A stretch of 64,000 nucleotides of DNA from Bacillota bacterium (GTDB lineage Bacteria > Bacillota > Clostridia > Acetivibrionales > JAMNXU01). Positions 56,510 through 64,000 of the stretch are shown here, one piece after another; position 1 is the first letter of the stretch, and every line of letters starts with the position of its first letter. Both the position numbers and the translations under genes were made by a program. The notes under the pieces were generated by a model, which did not search any database, was not told the DNA's origin, and was given only the letters and a program-made list of their open reading frames with translations. The stretch covers positions 4,181 through 68,180 of the forward strand of contig JAMNXU010000022.1 in NCBI GenBank assembly GCA_023623175.1. The letters are read 5' to 3'.

Positions 56510-57064
56510 ATGCCAACCACGGCTATTGTAATTATCGCGGTCGCAGCAATAGTGCTTCTGTATGTAATGGCAACGTACAACAAGCTTGTAGCAAAGAGAA
56601 ACAAGGTGGCAAATTCATGGAGCCAGATCGATGTGCAGCTCAAGAGGAGATTCGACCTTATACCGAACCTCGTTGAGACCGTCAAGGGTTATGCCGCCCA
56701 TGAAAAACAAACGCTTGAGCAGGTAGTCCGGGCCAGGACCAAATACATGTCTGCAACGAGCCACCAGGAAGCCATGGATGCCCACAGTGAGCTCACCAGG
56801 AGCCTTGGAAGGCTGTTTGCCGTGGCAGAAGCCTACCCCGAGCTTAAGGCCAACACAAATTTCCTGAAACTCCAGGAGGAGCTTTCGAAAACCGAGGACA
56901 AAATCAGTTTTTCTAGGCAGTTTTACAATGATGTTGTCATGGATTACAACAACTCGGTCCAGATGTTCCCTTCAAGCATAGTAGCCTCGCTGTTCAAGTT
57001 CAGGCCTGAAGAATTCATCAGGATTGACGAAGCGGAAGCAGCTGCGCCGCAGGTAAAGTTTTAG
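56510..57064 (+). CDS. lemA: LemA family protein
   Basis: The start at 56510 has an AAGGAGG RBS. It has a single TM segment followed by YNKLVAKRNKVANSWSQIDVQLKRRFDLIPNLVETVKGYAAHE. The ORF track starts at 56381, in AT-rich noncoding DNA. Confidence 0.85.
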   Translation: MPTTAIVIIAVAAIVLLYVMATYNKLVAKRNKVANSWSQIDVQLKRRFDLIPNLVETVKGYAAHEKQTLEQVVRARTKYMSATSHQEAMDAHSELTRSLGRLFAVAEAYPELKANTNFLKLQEELSKTEDKISFSRQFYNDVVMDYNNSVQMFPSSIVASLFKFRPEEFIRIDEAEAAAPQVKF

Positions 57065-57200
57065 CCATATGCGGAGCTTTGAACCACTATAATGTTTTCT
57101 GCCCCGATATGTTTCTGAAAAGCCGCTTTTCAATTGGTATCAGAGGAAACTTCAGATTTTATGTTTACAAATTGACAAATGATTAATTATGCGTTAATTT

Positions 57201-57238
57201 ATATTTATACAACGAAAGACATATAGTTGTATAAATAT
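57201..57238. promoter_or_regulatory. 13-bp perfect inverted repeat in the amino-acid ABC operon leader
   Basis: ATATTTATACAAC (57201-57213) and GTTGTATAAATAT (57226-57238) are separated by a 12-nt spacer and end 29 nt upstream of the ATG. Confidence 0.45.
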
Positions 57239-57266
57239 TAGAATTCAATATTTTGGGGGAGAGGCT

Positions 57267-58142
57267 ATGAAAAAGAACAGGTTACTGATTTTGGCGCTTG
57301 CTGTTCTGATGCTTTTCAGCTTCGTTCTGGCAGGCTGCAGCTCTAAAAAGGAAGAAGGGAAAAAAGAATCCGGCGATTTGGTGAAAGTCATTGACATTCC
57401 GCTTACCCAGGAAGAATATGCTTTCGGTGTAGACAAAAATCAGCCGGAGCTTCTCGAAAAAGTCAATGAATTCATCGCAAAGATCAAGGAAGACGGAACT
57501 TTTGACGAGATCCTCGACAGGTATTTCGGCGACGGTGAACCGCAGCCGGTTGATTCCGCTGAACTTGATCCTTCGAAGGACCAGCTTGTTGTTGCTACAA
57601 ATGCTGCTTTTGAGCCCTTCGAGTACATGAAGGGAGACAAGTACTACGGTATAGACATGGAAATTGCGAAGCTTCTTGCTGATTATCTCGGCAAGGAACT
57701 TGTTATCAGCAATATGGACTTTGATGCCGTTTGCCTGTCCGTAGGCGAGGGCAAGGCAGATATCGCGATGGCAGGTCTCACGATCAAGGAAGACAGAAAA
57801 GCATACGTCAATTTCACGGACAAATATTATGACGCTGCTCAGAAACTCATCGTGAAGGCTTCGGACAAGACCTTCGACGATTGCAAGACCGCCGAGGACG
57901 TGGAAGCCATCCTCAAGGGACTGGACAGCAGCACAAAGATAGGCGTTCAGAACGGAACGACAGGCCAGTTCTACGTGGAAGGAGACCCGTACTGGGGATT
58001 TGAAGGTTTCGACGTTGAGTGCGTAGGATACAAGTCAGGTTCCCTTGCCGTTCAGGATATGATAAACGGAAACATCAATTTTGTAATAATTGACGAAGCT
58101 CCTGCAAAATTCATAGTTGAGGCGTTCAACGAGCTTAACTGA
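57267..58142 (+). CDS. amino acid ABC transporter substrate-binding lipoprotein
   Basis: It has the lipobox LAGCSS. The body looks like a family 3 solute-binding domain (LVVATNAAFEPFEY, GYDMEIAK-like, IAMAGLT). Confidence 0.85.
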   Translation: MKKNRLLILALAVLMLFSFVLAGCSSKKEEGKKESGDLVKVIDIPLTQEEYAFGVDKNQPELLEKVNEFIAKIKEDGTFDEILDRYFGDGEPQPVDSAELDPSKDQLVVATNAAFEPFEYMKGDKYYGIDMEIAKLLADYLGKELVISNMDFDAVCLSVGEGKADIAMAGLTIKEDRKAYVNFTDKYYDAAQKLIVKASDKTFDDCKTAEDVEAILKGLDSSTKIGVQNGTTGQFYVEGDPYWGFEGFDVECVGYKSGSLAVQDMINGNINFVIIDEAPAKFIVEAFNELN

Positions 58143-58354
58143 TGAAGCGGCAGGACGGATTGATGAAGGCACCGTGTTGAATGATACGTACGTGTTGAAT
58201 GATACGTAATGGATGTATTCGGAAATGCTGTGCCGGATGGTTGATCGGAAACCGTGCTAAGTGATTGGATTCAGGTTAAATATAGTAATTAAGTTCAGGT
58301 TAAATTTTAAAAGAAATTAACTCAGCTGTAAAAATAACAAAATTCAAAATTCAT

Positions 58355-58384
58355 GCAATACTCCGCTGTGTCGCGGAGTATTGC
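58355..58384 (+). other. intercistronic stem-loop between the binding-protein and permease genes
   Basis: GCAATACTCCGC pairs with GCGGAGTATTGC as a perfect 12-bp stem around a 6-nt loop, ending 21 nt before the permease ATG. Confidence 0.65.
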
Positions 58385-58405
58385 GGCTATAAGGGATAAA
58401 AGAAG

Positions 58406-59086
58406 ATGGGGAATTTTGATAAGAAGATACTGAAATTTTGGGATATATTTTATAATCGCAACGGTTACAGAAGAGTAATTTTAGGATTAAAAAACTCTGT
58501 ATATATTGCATTTACCGGCCTTGCAATCGGCATAATCATTGGTACGATAATAGCCATAATCGAGGTTTTTCCAAAGTACAGGAGACTACCGAAGATCCTC
58601 GACGCCATATGCCGGTTTTACGTCGGACTGTTCAGGGGTACGCCGATTGTTGTGCAGCTCCTTGTGGCCTATTACGTAGTTTTGCCGCTGCTGGGTTTAA
58701 ACCTGCCCTCAATACAGGTTTGTGTGATTGTTTTTGGCCTTAACAGCGGGGCCTATGTTTCAGAGATAATGCGAGGCGGCATACTGTCCGTGGATCCGGG
58801 CCAGATGGAGGCTGGACGGGCTTTGGGACTGAGCTACCGCGTGACCATGATGAAGATTGTCGTGCCCCAGGCTGTCAAAAACATACTGCCTACACTGGGC
58901 AACGAATTGATCGCGCTCATAAAGGAAACATCCGTCGTGAGCTTTGTCGGCGCTGCAGACCTGTATGTTGAGTTCATGGTTCCGTACCTCGCCATGGCGC
59001 TGATATATATTGTGCTGGTCATGATAATAGCATCGTTTGTAAGAGCAATGGAAAGGAGTCTAAGGAAAAGTGATAGACGTAATTGA
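58406..59086 (+). CDS. amino acid ABC transporter permease
   Basis: 226 aa of HisM/GlnP type. It has the EAA-like motif ([22 protein letters not shown]). Confidence 0.9.
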   Translation: MGNFDKKILKFWDIFYNRNGYRRVILGLKNSVYIAFTGLAIGIIIGTIIAIIEVFPKYRRLPKILDAICRFYVGLFRGTPIVVQLLVAYYVVLPLLGLNLPSIQVCVIVFGLNSGAYVSEIMRGGILSVDPGQMEAGRALGLSYRVTMMKIVVPQAVKNILPTLGNELIALIKETSVVSFVGAADLYVEFMVPYLAMALIYIVLVMIIASFVRAMERSLRKSDRRN

Positions 59087-59894
59087 TTTAAGAAAAAGAT
59101 TTGGCAAGCTTGACGTCCTGAACGGCATTACGACTACGATCCGGGAAGGCGAAAAGGTTGCCATCATAGGGCCGTCGGGCAGCGGCAAAAGCACTTTTTT
59201 AAGGTGCCTCAACTGCCTCGAAGATCCCACAAGCGGTGCTATTATTTTCCAGGGCGTAAATATTGCCGATATGAAAGTTGACATAAATGTTCACCGCCGT
59301 CACATAGGAATGGTTTTTCAGCAATTCAACCTGTTTAATAACAAGACGGTCCTGGAGAACATAATGCTTGCCCCGGTTTACCTGGGAATAAGGGACCTCA
59401 GGATCAAGAAGCTGAAGAATTTCTTCATACGCATAAGAAACCTTTTCACAAGGAACAAGTTGCCGCTTTACGAAATAAATACCACGCCGGCCAAAATAAA
59501 GGCCGAGGCCAGGGAAAACGCTATGAGGCTGCTCAAAAGAATCGGGCTTGAGGATAAGGCAAACGTTTATCCTTCGACGCTGTCGGGCGGCCAGAAGCAA
59601 AGGGTGGCAATCATAAGGGCCCTTGCTATGAACCCGAAGGTTATGCTTTTTGACGAGCCCACTTCGGCCCTTGACCCTGAAATGGTGGGAGAGGTGCTGG
59701 ACCTGATCAAGACCCTTGCCGACGAAGGCATGACAATGGTTATCGTCACCCATGAAATGGGTTTTGCAAGGGAAGTTGCGACAAGGGTAATCTTCATGGA
59801 CGAAGGGAGAATAGTTGAGGAAAATACTCCCGAGGAGATTTTTACCAATCCGAAGAATATAAGGACGAAGGAATTCTTGTCGAAAGTTTTGTAG
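59070..59894 (+). CDS. amino acid ABC transporter ATP-binding protein (with a ~35-aa insertion)
   Basis: It has Walker [10 protein letters not shown], a Q-loop, the signature LSGGQKQR and Walker [12 protein letters not shown]. The GTG start overlaps the end of the permease gene. Confidence 0.9.
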   Translation: MIDVIDLRKRFGKLDVLNGITTTIREGEKVAIIGPSGSGKSTFLRCLNCLEDPTSGAIIFQGVNIADMKVDINVHRRHIGMVFQQFNLFNNKTVLENIMLAPVYLGIRDLRIKKLKNFFIRIRNLFTRNKLPLYEINTTPAKIKAEARENAMRLLKRIGLEDKANVYPSTLSGGQKQRVAIIRALAMNPKVMLFDEPTSALDPEMVGEVLDLIKTLADEGMTMVIVTHEMGFAREVATRVIFMDEGRIVEENTPEEIFTNPKNIRTKEFLSKVL

Positions 59895-59976
59895 GTCTTA
59901 GACGGCGCAGAACCTGCAACCCGTGACGACGGGAATGCAGCTAAACCGAAAAATATTGAATAAAAAATAATAAATG

Positions 59977-60012
59977 CCCCTGGCGGCTGTTTTGGCTGCC
60001 AGGGGTATTTTA
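59977..60012. terminator. bidirectional terminator
   Basis: CCCCTGGCGGC pairs with GCTGCCAGGGG (one mismatch). An A-rich tract lies upstream and a T-rich tract downstream. It sits between convergent genes. Confidence 0.65.
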
Positions 60013-60124
60013 ACCAGTCAGTTACCTGTAAGTTTGCAGTAGAAAGTAGTTTATATACTATTTTTATATACTATATGGTTTAATGAGCAGCAGATATTGC
60101 AAATATTAATGATAATCTATTTTA

Positions 60125-60676
60125 TTACTCGCCGAAATATCTCTTGAGCAGACCTTCGAATGCTTTTCCGTGCCTTGCTTCGTCCTTGCACATTTCGTGG
60201 ACTGTGTCATGGATTGCATCGTAGTTGAGCTTCTTGGCCAGTGTTGCAAGGTCCTTCTTGCCCTGGGTAGCGCCGTATTCAGCTTCGACTCTCATTTTCA
60301 GATTCGTCTTCGTGTCAGCTACAACGACTTCACCGAGAAGTTCTGCGAATTTGGCCGCATGTTCAGCTTCCTCAAACGCGATTCTCCTGTAAGCTTCGGC
60401 GACTTCGGGATATCCTTCCCTGTCAGCCTGCCTGCTCATGGCGAGGTACATTCCGACTTCAGTGCATTCGCCCATGAAGTTTTCACGCAAACCTTCAACG
60501 ACTTGCGGGTCAACTCCCTTTGCCACGCCGATTCTGTGCTCGTCAGCCCAGACTCTTTCTTCGTTCTCTGACTTTTCTGCGAATTTTTCCCTTGCAGCTC
60601 CACACTGCGGGCATTTTTCGGGCGCTTCATTTCCATAGTGTACATAACCGCATACAGTACAAACAAATTTTTTCAT
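60125..60676 (-). CDS. reverse rubrerythrin (N-terminal rubredoxin-like, C-terminal diiron domain)
   Basis: CTVCGYVH...CPQCG lies at the N-terminus, followed by a ferritin-like domain with ExxH motifs. An AGGAGG RBS precedes the start. Confidence 0.85.
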   Translation of the reverse strand: MKKFVCTVCGYVHYGNEAPEKCPQCGAAREKFAEKSENEERVWADEHRIGVAKGVDPQVVEGLRENFMGECTEVGMYLAMSRQADREGYPEVAEAYRRIAFEEAEHAAKFAELLGEVVVADTKTNLKMRVEAEYGATQGKKDLATLAKKLNYDAIHDTVHEMCKDEARHGKAFEGLLKRYFGE

Positions 60677-60718
60677 ATACTACCTCCTATATTTTTATAA
60701 TTTTTTCATTTATTAAAT

Positions 60719-61156
60719 TTAGGTCCTGCAACCGGCGCAAATGCCTTTACAGGTAACCTGAACTTCGCTGACCAGGAAATTGTCGAGACCCCTTGGCCTG
60801 AAATCCGAGGAGTCCAGGTTGAAATCGTAGATACTCCCGCATTTAACACACCTGAAATGTCCGTGCAGAGAAACGTCAGCGTCATATCTTGCTTCGCTGT
60901 CATTCATTTCAAGGACGATTGCGACATTTTTGTCCACAAACATGTTCAGCGTGTTGTAAACGGTGGTTTTTGAAAGGGACGGAATTACATCGGCCAGGCT
61001 ATTGTAAATCATATCGACCGTCGGGTGGTTTTTGTGCCTTATGAGGTATTCATAAATCTTCACCCTTGGATATGATGGCCTGATACCATGGCTTTTTAAA
61101 AAGTCCCCTATGTTTTTCACGTCAATATTCATTTCATTTTTCACTTCAGCGTTCAT
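60719..61156 (-). CDS. perR: Fur family regulator, PerR-like
   Basis: It has HPTVDMIYNSL...TVYNTLN (winged helix), HGHFRCVKCG and CKGICAGC. It is apparently co-transcribed with the reverse rubrerythrin gene, 42 nt downstream. Confidence 0.7.
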   Translation of the reverse strand: MNAEVKNEMNIDVKNIGDFLKSHGIRPSYPRVKIYEYLIRHKNHPTVDMIYNSLADVIPSLSKTTVYNTLNMFVDKNVAIVLEMNDSEARYDADVSLHGHFRCVKCGSIYDFNLDSSDFRPRGLDNFLVSEVQVTCKGICAGCRT

Positions 61157-61234
61157 TGCGTTTCATCCCTTTTGAAGGTTTTAACTGTTCTTTGAGAATT
61201 TTGAACTTATTATAAAATTGTAATCAAAGCAATT

Positions 61235-61249
61235 TTGTAATCATTACAA
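61235..61249. promoter_or_regulatory. PerR/Fur-type box TTGTAATCATTACAA
   Basis: This perfect 7-1-7 palindrome lies about 80 nt upstream of the perR start. It is close to the PerR consensus TTATAATNATTATAA. Confidence 0.6.
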
Positions 61250-61561
61250 TATTATTATATACCACAATTCGAATTTTTAAACAAGATATTTTTAAAAAAT
61301 TTTTTGAATTCTATAGGGAAACTGTGCGGGAATGTGGAAATGGCGAACAGAAATAAGAAGTATGAGGAGAACCGATGCCGGATTTTAGGTTTGACAATGC
61401 GTGATAAACATTTATTATAGAGTTGTTGGCGTTTGTTTTAACGGAAACATTGCCTGTTAAAGGCATTATTGGTTAAATTGTAGTAGGAGATATTGTGCGC
61501 GGCCGTGAGTTTGATAGGATTAAGCAGTAAATCATTTTACATGAAATAGTAATTTGAAATA

Positions 61562-61754
61562 CATCAGGCCGCAAACTATTTGCATAATCCGTAAATTGAA
61601 GAAACCCAAACTATTTACATTAATCTGTAAATTGAAAAGCATTAACCGCAAACTATTTGCAATAATCCGCAAATTGAAGTGCATCAGGCCGCAAACTATG
61701 TTGCATTAAACCATAAATTGAAATGCATTAAGCCGCAAATTTATTGGACAATCC
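61562..61754. repeat. tandem array of ~40-bp repeats (4.5 units) upstream of the MATE gene
   Basis: The units lie at 61562-61600, 61601-61636, 61637-61678, 61679-61722 and 61723-61754 (partial). Each contains (C)CGCAAACTATTTGC and ends in TAAATTGAA. Confidence 0.85.
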
Positions 61755-61802
61755 AGCTGTTTAAGGCAATTTGACTGTAATTTAATCAGAAAGGTTTGGG
61801 CT

Positions 61803-63197
61803 ATGGAAAAAGAGATTCTCAGGGCAGAAGAAAGCAAAAGCACTAACAGGACCAAAATAGAAAAGGACCTTACGGAAGGTAATGTTGCAAAGCAACTGAT
61901 AATGTTTGCGCTTCCCTTTATGTTGTCCAACCTGATACAAACGCTTTATAACGTCGTGGACATGCTGATTGTAGGAAATTTCTGTGGAACGGCATCCATA
62001 TCGGGAGTTAATATCGGGGGGCAGGTAACATTTGTTTTGACGAGCATAGTGGTAGGGCTCAGCGTCGGAGGAACCGTAGTGATTGCCCAGTACCTCGGCG
62101 CAGGGGAAAGAAAGGCCATGAACGAAACCATAAAGACGCTGATAACATTCCTTCTTATATCATCGATAGTTATTACTGTTACGATGATGTTCCTGTCTGA
62201 TGGCGTTCTCCACTTGATACGGACCCCGGAAGAGGCATACCAGGAAGCGCGGGATTATCTTAATGTCACGGTCACGGGAATAATCTTCATATTTGGATAT
62301 AACGCCTTTGCCGCAATCCTGAGGGGACTCGGCGACAGCAAACGGCCGCTTGTGTTCGTTGCAATTGCCTGCATAATAAACATATTCCTTGATTTGCTTT
62401 TTGTTGGGGCGTTCGGAATGGCAGCCGGGGGAGCAGCCATAGCGACCGTTATATCCCAGGGAATCAGCATGGTGGCCTGCATTATTTACCTCAAGAAAAT
62501 TAATTTTGAATTTGATTTCAGGCTGAATTCCTTCCGTTTTTACGGGAACCGTTTTAAAAAGCTCATGCAGGTGGGCATACCGGTTTCAATACAGAACGTG
62601 ATAGTGAATTTTTCGTTCCTTGTACTGACGACGATTGCGAACGGAATGGGAGTCAGCGCTTCTGCTGCCCTGGGCGTAGTGGGCAAGTTCAACGGCTTCG
62701 CCATACTTCCCGCGATAGCGGTGGGTTCTTCCGTTTCGGCGATGGTTGCCCAAAACATGGGAGCGGGGCGCATCGACCGAGCCAAAAAGACATTGTACGT
62801 GGGATATGTACTGGCCCTTTCCTGCAGCGTTGTTGTTTTCGTTATTTCACGCCTGTTTCCGAGGCAAATCCTGTCGGTGTTTGGTGATGACCCGGATATG
62901 ATTGCCGCAGGACTGGAGTATATGAAGACATTCACCTTTGATTATCTGATTGTGCCGTCCACTTTCTGCCTTGGAGGACTTATCAGCGGCGCCGGGCATA
63001 CGATGATTTCATCGTTGGGCTCGATCATGTCGGCGCTTGGCTTCAGGGTTCCGCTCGCCATACTTTTTGCCATCGTCCTTGACAAGGGCATGTGGGGACT
63101 GGGATTGGCGGCGCCTTTTGCGGCCCTGGGTTCGACAATAATACTCCTGATTTATTATTTATCCGGCAAGTGGAAGAAAAACAAGATCATAGACTGA
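61803..63197 (+). CDS. MATE family efflux transporter
   Basis: 464 aa with 12 TM segments. The N-terminal part (LIMFALPFMLSNLIQTLYNVVDMLIVG) is typical of the MATE/NorM family. Confidence 0.9.
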   Translation: MEKEILRAEESKSTNRTKIEKDLTEGNVAKQLIMFALPFMLSNLIQTLYNVVDMLIVGNFCGTASISGVNIGGQVTFVLTSIVVGLSVGGTVVIAQYLGAGERKAMNETIKTLITFLLISSIVITVTMMFLSDGVLHLIRTPEEAYQEARDYLNVTVTGIIFIFGYNAFAAILRGLGDSKRPLVFVAIACIINIFLDLLFVGAFGMAAGGAAIATVISQGISMVACIIYLKKINFEFDFRLNSFRFYGNRFKKLMQVGIPVSIQNVIVNFSFLVLTTIANGMGVSASAALGVVGKFNGFAILPAIAVGSSVSAMVAQNMGAGRIDRAKKTLYVGYVLALSCSVVVFVISRLFPRQILSVFGDDPDMIAAGLEYMKTFTFDYLIVPSTFCLGGLISGAGHTMISSLGSIMSALGFRVPLAILFAIVLDKGMWGLGLAAPFAALGSTIILLIYYLSGKWKKNKIID

Positions 63198-63243
63198 AAT
63201 TACCGACTGAATATAACGGCTTGAAAATTTTTCTTGAAGCCCA

Positions 63244-63272
63244 TTGACATCGTGTCGGGCCGGCGATAAAAT
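63244..63272 (+). promoter_or_regulatory. sigma-A type promoter TTGACA-17-TAAAAT
   Basis: TTGACA lies at 63244-63249, followed by a 17-nt spacer and TAAAAT at 63267-63272. Confidence 0.5.
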
Positions 63273-63276
63273 TATA

Positions 63277-63313
63277 TTGAACATAATATATGAATATTCA
63301 TTCAAATGTTCAA
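63277..63313. promoter_or_regulatory. nested palindrome, candidate ArsR/SmtB operator
   Basis: In TTGAACAT-AATAT-ATGAATATTCAT-TCAA-ATGTTCAA the outer 8-bp arms are perfect and the central 12-bp palindrome is perfect. It starts 5 nt after the -10 element. Confidence 0.5.
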
Positions 63314-63499
63314 ATGTTTGTGGCTTTGTTTTAGTTAAAAACATAGCATTAATAACGGGCAGAATGCGGAACTTATACGTTGAAACGTGGAATTTCAGTT
63401 GAAGCCGGAATTTTTCAGAAGCCGGAATTTTTCGAACGGCTGAAAACGAAATTTATAACAGTGCAGGCAAAATAAAAAATGGTACAGGCAGGTGATTAA

Positions 63500-63868
63500 G
63501 TGACAAGGAAGTATGAAGAAATCGAGAGATGTGACTGCGACGTAATACATGAAGACGTCGTGTATGAAGTAAAAAAGAAAATGCCCCGGGAAGAGACCCT
63601 TTATGACCTGGCTGAACTGTTCAAGGTGTTTGGCGACTCCACGCGCATAAAAATACTGTGGGCTTTGGAAGAAGCGGAGATGTGCGTCTGCGATATCGCG
63701 TTTTTGCTGAACATGACCCAGTCGGCCATTTCCCACCAGCTCAGGGTGTTGAAACAGGCAAAGCTTGTCAGGAGCAGAAAGGAAGGCAAGATTGTTTACT
63801 ATTCGCTCAGTGACGATCATGTAAGGCAGATATTCGACCAGGGTCTGAGCCATATAAATGAGGGATGA
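63500..63868 (+). CDS. ArsR/SmtB family metal-sensing repressor (CadC-like)
   Basis: It reads LFKVFGDSTRIKILWALEEAEMCVCDIAFLLNMTQSAISHQLRVLKQAKLV, containing the CVC metal site and the HTH. An N-terminal CDC is also present. The GTG start follows GGCAGGTG. Confidence 0.85.
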   Translation: MTRKYEEIERCDCDVIHEDVVYEVKKKMPREETLYDLAELFKVFGDSTRIKILWALEEAEMCVCDIAFLLNMTQSAISHQLRVLKQAKLVRSRKEGKIVYYSLSDDHVRQIFDQGLSHINEG

Positions 63869-64000
63869 TGCGGTGATTGAAATATTTTATGGCTTGTGAC
63901 GCCGGCCTCATGATGGCAATGGGGCAATGAATTATTACAGGATTAAAAGGATGAAATGTAAGATGTATTATAGCAGGATCAAATATGAATATTTGAAAAT

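Noticed and set aside
63951-64000. Possible start of another gene (ATG at 63951, MKCKMYYSRIKYEYLK...) at the window edge
   Set aside because: Only about 16 codons are visible, and the AAAAGGA element is directly adjacent to the ATG. This is too little sequence to call.

Overview
This is a 64-kb chromosomal window from an anaerobic Firmicute, probably a member of the Clostridia. That guess rests on gene content: pyruvate:ferredoxin oxidoreductase, hybrid-cluster protein, desulfoferrodoxin, rubrerythrin, a reverse rubrerythrin next to a PerR-like regulator, a CBS-type family II pyrophosphatase, and many very AT-rich intergenic regions. I support about 48 protein-coding genes, mostly on the + strand. 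By eye I found no rRNA, tRNA, CRISPR array, cas gene, transposase or phage gene. Most of the window is housekeeping or stress metabolism: def, gdhA, citrate synthase, metF, ribosomal protein L25/Ctc, hcp, zupT, PFOR, three ABC systems, and MarR, LysR (two), ArsR and PerR regulators. Three things stand out. (1) At 32.0-40.6 kb there is a locus controlled by a two-component system. It encodes a SipW-type signal peptidase fused to a seven-TM domain, three divergent TasA/camelysin-like secreted paralogues, a bitopic membrane protein, a small anchored coiled-coil protein, and an orphan PilT-like NTPase whose Walker B and His-box catalytic residues are lost. A PAS-GGDEF-HD-GYP enzyme sits next to it. 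I read this as an undescribed variant of the SipW-dependent fibre or biofilm-matrix systems. (2) A dispersed, strictly intergenic 27-nt palindromic repeat family (consensus GGGACAAGAGAACCGTCCCCGTGTCCC) occurs at five loci. Its 18-nt core is present in eight exact copies, and it generates several spurious ORFs in the supplied track. (3) Several promoter or operator candidates can be read directly from the sequence: a Rex-like box upstream of PFOR, a PerR box, ArsR and MarR operators, and a roughly 40-bp iteron array upstream of a MATE pump. All family assignments come from motif recognition by eye. No database search was run.
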